Positions 59,393 to 64,000 of a DNA stretch of 64,000 nt are shown here, one piece after another (the stretch's first letter is position 1; each line of letters opens with the position of its first letter). The notes under the pieces are model-generated. The model had not been told where the DNA came from. It worked only from the letters and a program-made list of their open reading frames with translations, and ran no database searches. This DNA comes from a virus, in IMG/VR virus record IMGVR_UViG_3300035661_001697, positions 2,537 to 66,536 of that record; one strand, 5' to 3'. The translations under genes were made by a program, and so were the position numbers.

Positions 59393-59710
59393 TTAATCGG
59401 CTCCAAAGTCAGAATTATAGGATACAACATCAATACCAATTTTGGTTTCAACCCAATCAGATATAATACTAAGGGCATTATCAGGATGAAGGGAAAACAA
59501 AGAACATACATCACCAGCCAAAATGGAACTAATAAAACAATCTCCATCCATATCACATGATATTAGGAATTGACGACTACCAACATCTGAAACTAAAGGG
59601 TGGATATAAAAATTATAAGCGACAGAAGTCTTTAATAATTTTAGACCTTTCATATCAAGATACTTGTATATGAACGACTCTAATTGTGATTCGGAGATAA
59701 TGATTTTCAT
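59393..59710 (-). CDS. leader-bearing hypothetical protein
   Basis: MKIIISESQL..FIYKYLD...II.DWVE. Confidence 0.65.
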   Translation of the reverse strand: MKIIISESQLESFIYKYLDMKGLKLLKTSVAYNFYIHPLVSDVGSRQFLISCDMDGDCFISSILAGDVCSLFSLHPDNALSIISDWVETKIGIDVVSYNSDFGAD

Positions 59711-59712
59711 AT

Positions 59713-60027
59713 TTAATTAGTCACGTATTTTATTTTAACATTATACATATTCTCAAACCAATTCTTAATGAATTCTTTAATTTGTTCCATATCAAGGGGA
59801 AACCAAATGGAAAACTTATCCAAGAAATTTTTATCAATATACAATCTACCATTATTACTATCATATTCCATAACAATATCATCTATTGAATAAGGGTCAG
59901 GTATAGGATTATTATAGTCAATAACAATAAGCCTATCAATTTCAATAACATTAAACTGATTAAGTAAATCATTAAGATATTCAGTCATAAACTTACGTAA
60001 CTGAGGATGAGTAACAAGGTAATTCAT
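59713..60027 (-). CDS. hypothetical protein, tandem paralog A
   Basis: MNYLVTHPQLRKFM; near-identical to 60241-60555. Confidence 0.75.
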   Translation of the reverse strand: MNYLVTHPQLRKFMTEYLNDLLNQFNVIEIDRLIVIDYNNPIPDPYSIDDIVMEYDSNNGRLYIDKNFLDKFSIWFPLDMEQIKEFIKNWFENMYNVKIKYVTN

Positions 60028-60240
60028 ATTAATAAATATAAGGTTTTAGATTATAAGGTAATGTCGATTTTTTTATATTTTTTCGACACACATTAATCCT
60101 CTGTCGATTGTTTAAATATACAATTAGACAAATACCTGATTAAACTTTTATGTGGATTTTGCCATAGTGCTTAAATCAAATGTTTTACAATTTGAGAGAG
60201 GGACATGGATGTCCCTCTTTCAAATTCATTTCTTTCTTAC

Positions 60241-60555
60241 TTAATTATCAACGTATTTTATTTTAACGTTATATACACTCTCAAACCAATCCTTAATGAA
60301 TAATTTTGATTGTTCCATATCAAGGGGAAACCAAATGGAAAACTTATCCAAGAAATTTTTATCAATATATAATCTACCATCATCACTATCATATTCCATA
60401 GCAACATCATCAATTGAATACTCGTCAGGTTCATCGTAGTTATAGTTAATAACAATAAAACTATCAGGGTCACTAACACTACAATTATTAAGAAAATCAT
60501 TAAGATATTCAATCATAAACTTACGTAACTGAGGATGAGTAACAAGGTAATTCAT
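60241..60555 (-). CDS. hypothetical protein, tandem paralog B
   Basis: Shares upstream ~35 nt and most of the CDS with paralog A. Confidence 0.75.
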   Translation of the reverse strand: MNYLVTHPQLRKFMIEYLNDFLNNCSVSDPDSFIVINYNYDEPDEYSIDDVAMEYDSDDGRLYIDKNFLDKFSIWFPLDMEQSKLFIKDWFESVYNVKIKYVDN

Positions 60556-60640
60556 ATTAATAAATATAAGGTTTTAGATTATAAGGTAATATTGATTTTA
60601 CAGAAGTTATTATGTATTATTATTAAAAAATATAAAACTT

Positions 60641-61657
60641 ATGAAAAAACTAAAACTATTATTACTTACGTTACTAAGCGTATTATCTTTTAACTTGTTC
60701 TCACAGACACAAGTATACACAACAAACACAACGGGACCAAACATTTGTGATGGTACTGCGGTATTGGACACAACCAATATTAATATGACATCAATCTATT
60801 GGCAAGGAATGGGGATGATTATTAATCAGGGAAGTTACATTGTAACAAACCTTTGTCCTGGCACATACGGTGTTACATTCATCAGTAACGGAACTTCGGT
60901 TACATTAACGTTTATCGTCATGGCAGGAAACTTTAATCCATGTTTAAACTTCGGTGGGTTTATAACACCAACAAACTCTGTTGACTCCACAACTTGTGAT
61001 GGTATTGTAACGGCAACAGTAACAGGAGGACAAGCACCATACACATATCTATGGAGTAATGGTAATATGCTTCAGACAATCGATAACTTATGTCCTGGCA
61101 CATATTGTTGTTATGTTTCAGATATGAATGGATGTTGGGCAAATATATGTGATACAATAGGAGTTCAATCTTCAAACTACGGAGATACATTATATATAAC
61201 AAATGCGGGGATGTGCAATCTTCCTATTGGTACATTAGTTTCAACAATAGAAGATTGTAAATTAAATTATAATTCTATTGGTGGTGCATTTATTTCAGAT
61301 GTCACACCAATATCAGATACTCTTAATATTGTAATGGTTACTTGGATACTTGTAGATACTAATGGTTTTAATGTGTCTACACCTCAGTATCAAACATATA
61401 CATATATTCCTACAGTAGGATGTTATAACTTACAATTGATTATATTTTGTTATCAAAAATCTATGAACTATAACACTATCGTTATAAATCAAAATTGGTA
61501 CGTAGGGTTCGCAGGTATTAATGAACTATCAGGTAATGGTAAACAACTTATCAGTGTGGTAGATTTAATGGGTAAAGAAACAAATATACAACCAAACAAA
61601 CATTTAATCTATACATACAGTGATGGTTCTAAAGATATAAGATACATTAAAGAATAA
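60641..61657 (+). CDS. secreted SprB-repeat protein with T9SS-type C-terminal domain
   Basis: Sec signal; GGQAPYTYLWSNG..IDNLCPGTY...SDMNGC; C-terminal INEL..KQLISVVDLMGKE..LIYTYSDG. Confidence 0.7.
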   Translation: MKKLKLLLLTLLSVLSFNLFSQTQVYTTNTTGPNICDGTAVLDTTNINMTSIYWQGMGMIINQGSYIVTNLCPGTYGVTFISNGTSVTLTFIVMAGNFNPCLNFGGFITPTNSVDSTTCDGIVTATVTGGQAPYTYLWSNGNMLQTIDNLCPGTYCCYVSDMNGCWANICDTIGVQSSNYGDTLYITNAGMCNLPIGTLVSTIEDCKLNYNSIGGAFISDVTPISDTLNIVMVTWILVDTNGFNVSTPQYQTYTYIPTVGCYNLQLIIFCYQKSMNYNTIVINQNWYVGFAGINELSGNGKQLISVVDLMGKETNIQPNKHLIYTYSDGSKDIRYIKE

Positions 61658-61678
61658 TACATTCCATTCACTCACTAC

Positions 61679-61708
61679 AAAGGGAGACTCCATTCGGGTC
61701 TCCTTTTT
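61679..61708 (+). terminator. intrinsic terminator
   Basis: AAAGGGAGAC..GTCTCCTTTTT. Confidence 0.6.
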
Positions 61709-62021
61709 CGTTCATTCATGTATTGTATTATTTTAATATTATAATCGGAATATATCCGATTATCTATAAGGTTGTTTACATAATAACAGAGCCTCACTGA
61801 TGACACTCTGTGGAATTGTTGTTTACAGTAAACTACTTAGTGTAATCTTTACCTTCGTATTAAAAACAAGAGTAATCTTTACCTTTGTATAAAGGATATG
61901 TGGTAATTATTGGGGCATATCACAAACAGTAATGTAAAGATTTTATACCTGATTAGACTATCATGATAAGATACTGATATAATTTAATTCTTCAAACTAA
62001 ATAAACGGTATATTTATTAAT

Positions 62022-62390
62022 ATGAACCTACAAGAATCTATAAAAAGAGTATTAAGAGAGGAAACTCAGATACCTTCATCAATTAGAAGAAGGGTAAGCT
62101 ATTCGGATATCGAAGAGGCGTTTCTAAATGCGTTAGATTCAATTGATTATTCTCGATTACATAATCAATTCTCACCAATAAAGAATATATCGTTAAAGAC
62201 ATTTGCTAAACTTGTTATAGATGAACTGAATATGTATTTAGAGCAAGACTATTTTAGTGACGAGAATAGGATTTATTTTGATGACGAAACATATCACGAA
62301 AAAATTAGAGTTCCACTTATGAAGTATTTTGGTAATAGAATTAAAAAAAGATATAATAGTGGTGAATCAGAAGAAGAAGAATTAATATGA
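62022..62390 (+). CDS. leader-bearing hypothetical protein
   Basis: MNLQESIKRVLREE; TATTTAT at 62011. Confidence 0.7.
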   Translation: MNLQESIKRVLREETQIPSSIRRRVSYSDIEEAFLNALDSIDYSRLHNQFSPIKNISLKTFAKLVIDELNMYLEQDYFSDENRIYFDDETYHEKIRVPLMKYFGNRIKKRYNSGESEEEELI

Positions 62391-63211
62391 ACCTACAAGA
62401 GAACATACAAAGGATAAAACAAATGATGGGACTTCTTATAGAAGAAGAAATAAAACAAGAAATACCTTATGGTATTATAAAGTTTAGTGATGATAAAATA
62501 TTGGTTGGTGATATGCACCAAACACCTTTAGAACTACCTGATGAATGGGTTAAAAAAATTGTTAGTGTTGCAAACGATAAAGGATATTACGGTGAAGGTA
62601 TTGGTCTTAAACATAATGACGCGATTACAAAATCAAGTTTTTATCATTTATTAGACCCAAATATGGAAATTGGTTCTTGGGATAAAAAATTAATTGAAAG
62701 TGGTGTAGTTCCAAAAGATAAAGAATATATTTTTTTATATGCGTTATTCTCTAATCCAAAAGAGAATCATAGATTAGAAAAGTTATTAAATAATATTGAT
62801 GAGGGTGATACCATATTTAATGTTCTTTTAAAAACAATACCTGATTGGTCGGCGGATATGGGTAAATTTAATTTGGGTGAGAGAGAATTAACAAAGTTTC
62901 TTGAAGAAATTAGTGAAGGAAATCATAATTTTATTGAAATGTCCAAACAAGATGCAACTGAAGAGAATTTAACTAATTTTTTAGATGTAGGTGAAAAATT
63001 ACAATGGCCGTCAACAGAAAAAAATCCAAATTTATGGCAACAATATCCTCATATGGCAGGTAAGTTTGCAAGAATAGCGACAACCATCAGAGACCAATTT
63101 TTAATAAATACGGGGCCTGGTGTTTATTTTGTTGGTGCGGGACATTTGAAAGATATTGTAGAAATGCCCGAAGGTAACAAATTAGAATTAATCGGAGGAG
63201 AAAACATATGA
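62387..63211 (+). CDS. leader plus TraB/TIKI/ChaN-like fold protein
   Basis: MNLQENIQRIKQMM; VGDMH, YGEG, IRD, VGAGH. Confidence 0.55.
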   Translation: MNLQENIQRIKQMMGLLIEEEIKQEIPYGIIKFSDDKILVGDMHQTPLELPDEWVKKIVSVANDKGYYGEGIGLKHNDAITKSSFYHLLDPNMEIGSWDKKLIESGVVPKDKEYIFLYALFSNPKENHRLEKLLNNIDEGDTIFNVLLKTIPDWSADMGKFNLGERELTKFLEEISEGNHNFIEMSKQDATEENLTNFLDVGEKLQWPSTEKNPNLWQQYPHMAGKFARIATTIRDQFLINTGPGVYFVGAGHLKDIVEMPEGNKLELIGGENI

Positions 63212-64000
63212 ACTTACAAGAACAGACAAACAGGATAAAACAAATGATGGGGATTAACGAACAGTTATTACCTACTACAGGAATGACAGATGATACCTCA
63301 ACCTCAGAAACAAATGTGGAGCCAAAAAATATTGATGCTAGAGGAAAAAAATTAGGGGACGGCATTAAAAAATTGTTTAGTAATCTAAAAACAGGAATTT
63401 TTAAAGGTGTTGAAAACGTTCAAGAATTTTTAAAAAAAATAAAAGGTAATAAAAAAACTGATTTAATTCCTACAGAGGTAGAATATGGTCAAGAAGAACC
63501 ACCTGTTGAATCTAAAACTAATGATAATAATCAAATTAATGAAAAATACGAAAATATTACCTCAATTATACTTAATTTATTAAATAATAATATTGATAAA
63601 ATAAAAAACACTATAAATTATGTTATTCCAAATTTTGTAATACCAAAAGTTAACGATTTGTTAAAAGCAGAGGTTAATAAAGGATATGGTAATTCATTTA
63701 TGGCTGGTATTTGCCCATTTTGTTATAATGTTTGGTATAATGTAAATGTTAAGGTATTTTTTGAAAGTTTTACTGTCACCAAAATATCTAAAATAGAAAT
63801 GTATACTAAAAATAGTAACATTGTTAAATTTACTATTTTTGGAAATCTAAAAATTTTAAGTAAATTTAATGTGTGGGAAAACGATTGGATTGACAATAAA
63901 TCTTCATGTAACATTTCAGTAACAGTTTATATTGACCCAATAGAAAGAAATATACAAATCTGTACACCTAATGTTAAAGTTTTTAGTAATTCTATAGGAC
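63208..64000 (+). CDS. leader-bearing hypothetical protein (3' partial)
   Basis: MNLQEQTNRIKQMMGINEQ..., open to the window end; ATGA-coupled to the upstream gene. Confidence 0.7.
   Translation, partial: MNLQEQTNRIKQMMGINEQLLPTTGMTDDTSTSETNVEPKNIDARGKKLGDGIKKLFSNLKTGIFKGVENVQEFLKKIKGNKKTDLIPTEVEYGQEEPPVESKTNDNNQINEKYENITSIILNLLNNNIDKIKNTINYVIPNFVIPKVNDLLKAEVNKGYGNSFMAGICPFCYNVWYNVNVKVFFESFTVTKISKIEMYTKNSNIVKFTIFGNLKILSKFNVWENDWIDNKSSCNISVTVYIDPIERNIQICTPNVKVFSNSIG

Noticed and set aside
364-63914. Many short antisense or nested ORFs in the track (e.g. 364-681, 1134-1439, 8953-9360, 46510-46725, 63723-63914)
   Set aside because: They lie within longer, motif-bearing genes on the opposite strand or frame.
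1-64000. Stop-codon reassignment (TAG/TGA) as in some Bacteroidota phages
   Set aside because: Code-11 ORFs are long and tile the window; TAG (e.g. 34282, 57379) and TGA (e.g. 26653) end genes at sensible boundaries.

Overview
AT-rich, gene-dense window (standard code, A-rich non-Shine-Dalgarno leaders) that reads as part of a large (jumbo/huge) tailed-phage genome infecting a Bacteroidota, probably Flavobacteriales, host. Evidence for the host: TTTG-N19/20-TAnnTTTG promoters, a Bacteroidota-type sigma-70, an Hc1 histone-like protein and a T9SS-type cargo protein. Recognisable genes include an SbcC/Rad50 ATPase, amidase and spanin-like membrane proteins, DnaJ, two DNA methyltransferases, thioredoxin/glutaredoxin, glutamine synthetase, RmlB, cytidylyltransferase, GT2, an LpxH-like phosphoesterase and ThyA. 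Two things stand out. (1) About 20 unrelated ORFs share a short N-terminal leader (MKxIIxTExQ / MKKIxRLTEQDL / MNLQExIxRIKxMM). Many sit right behind a TATTTAT motif, and they carry diverse cargo: M15 peptidase, GH19, alpha/beta hydrolase, PT-TG, TraB/TIKI-like, LRR, and an ART-containing apparent polyprotein split by [IL]-x-E sites. This suggests a late-expressed, virion-packaged, protease-processed effector system. (2) A ~810-nt structured non-coding RNA (GOLLD-like candidate) is driven by four tandem host-type promoters with boxA elements and a decayed tRNA. A DfrB-like ORF beside thyA and a truncated MetK-like protein are also notable. All family calls come from motif recognition by eye; no searches were run.
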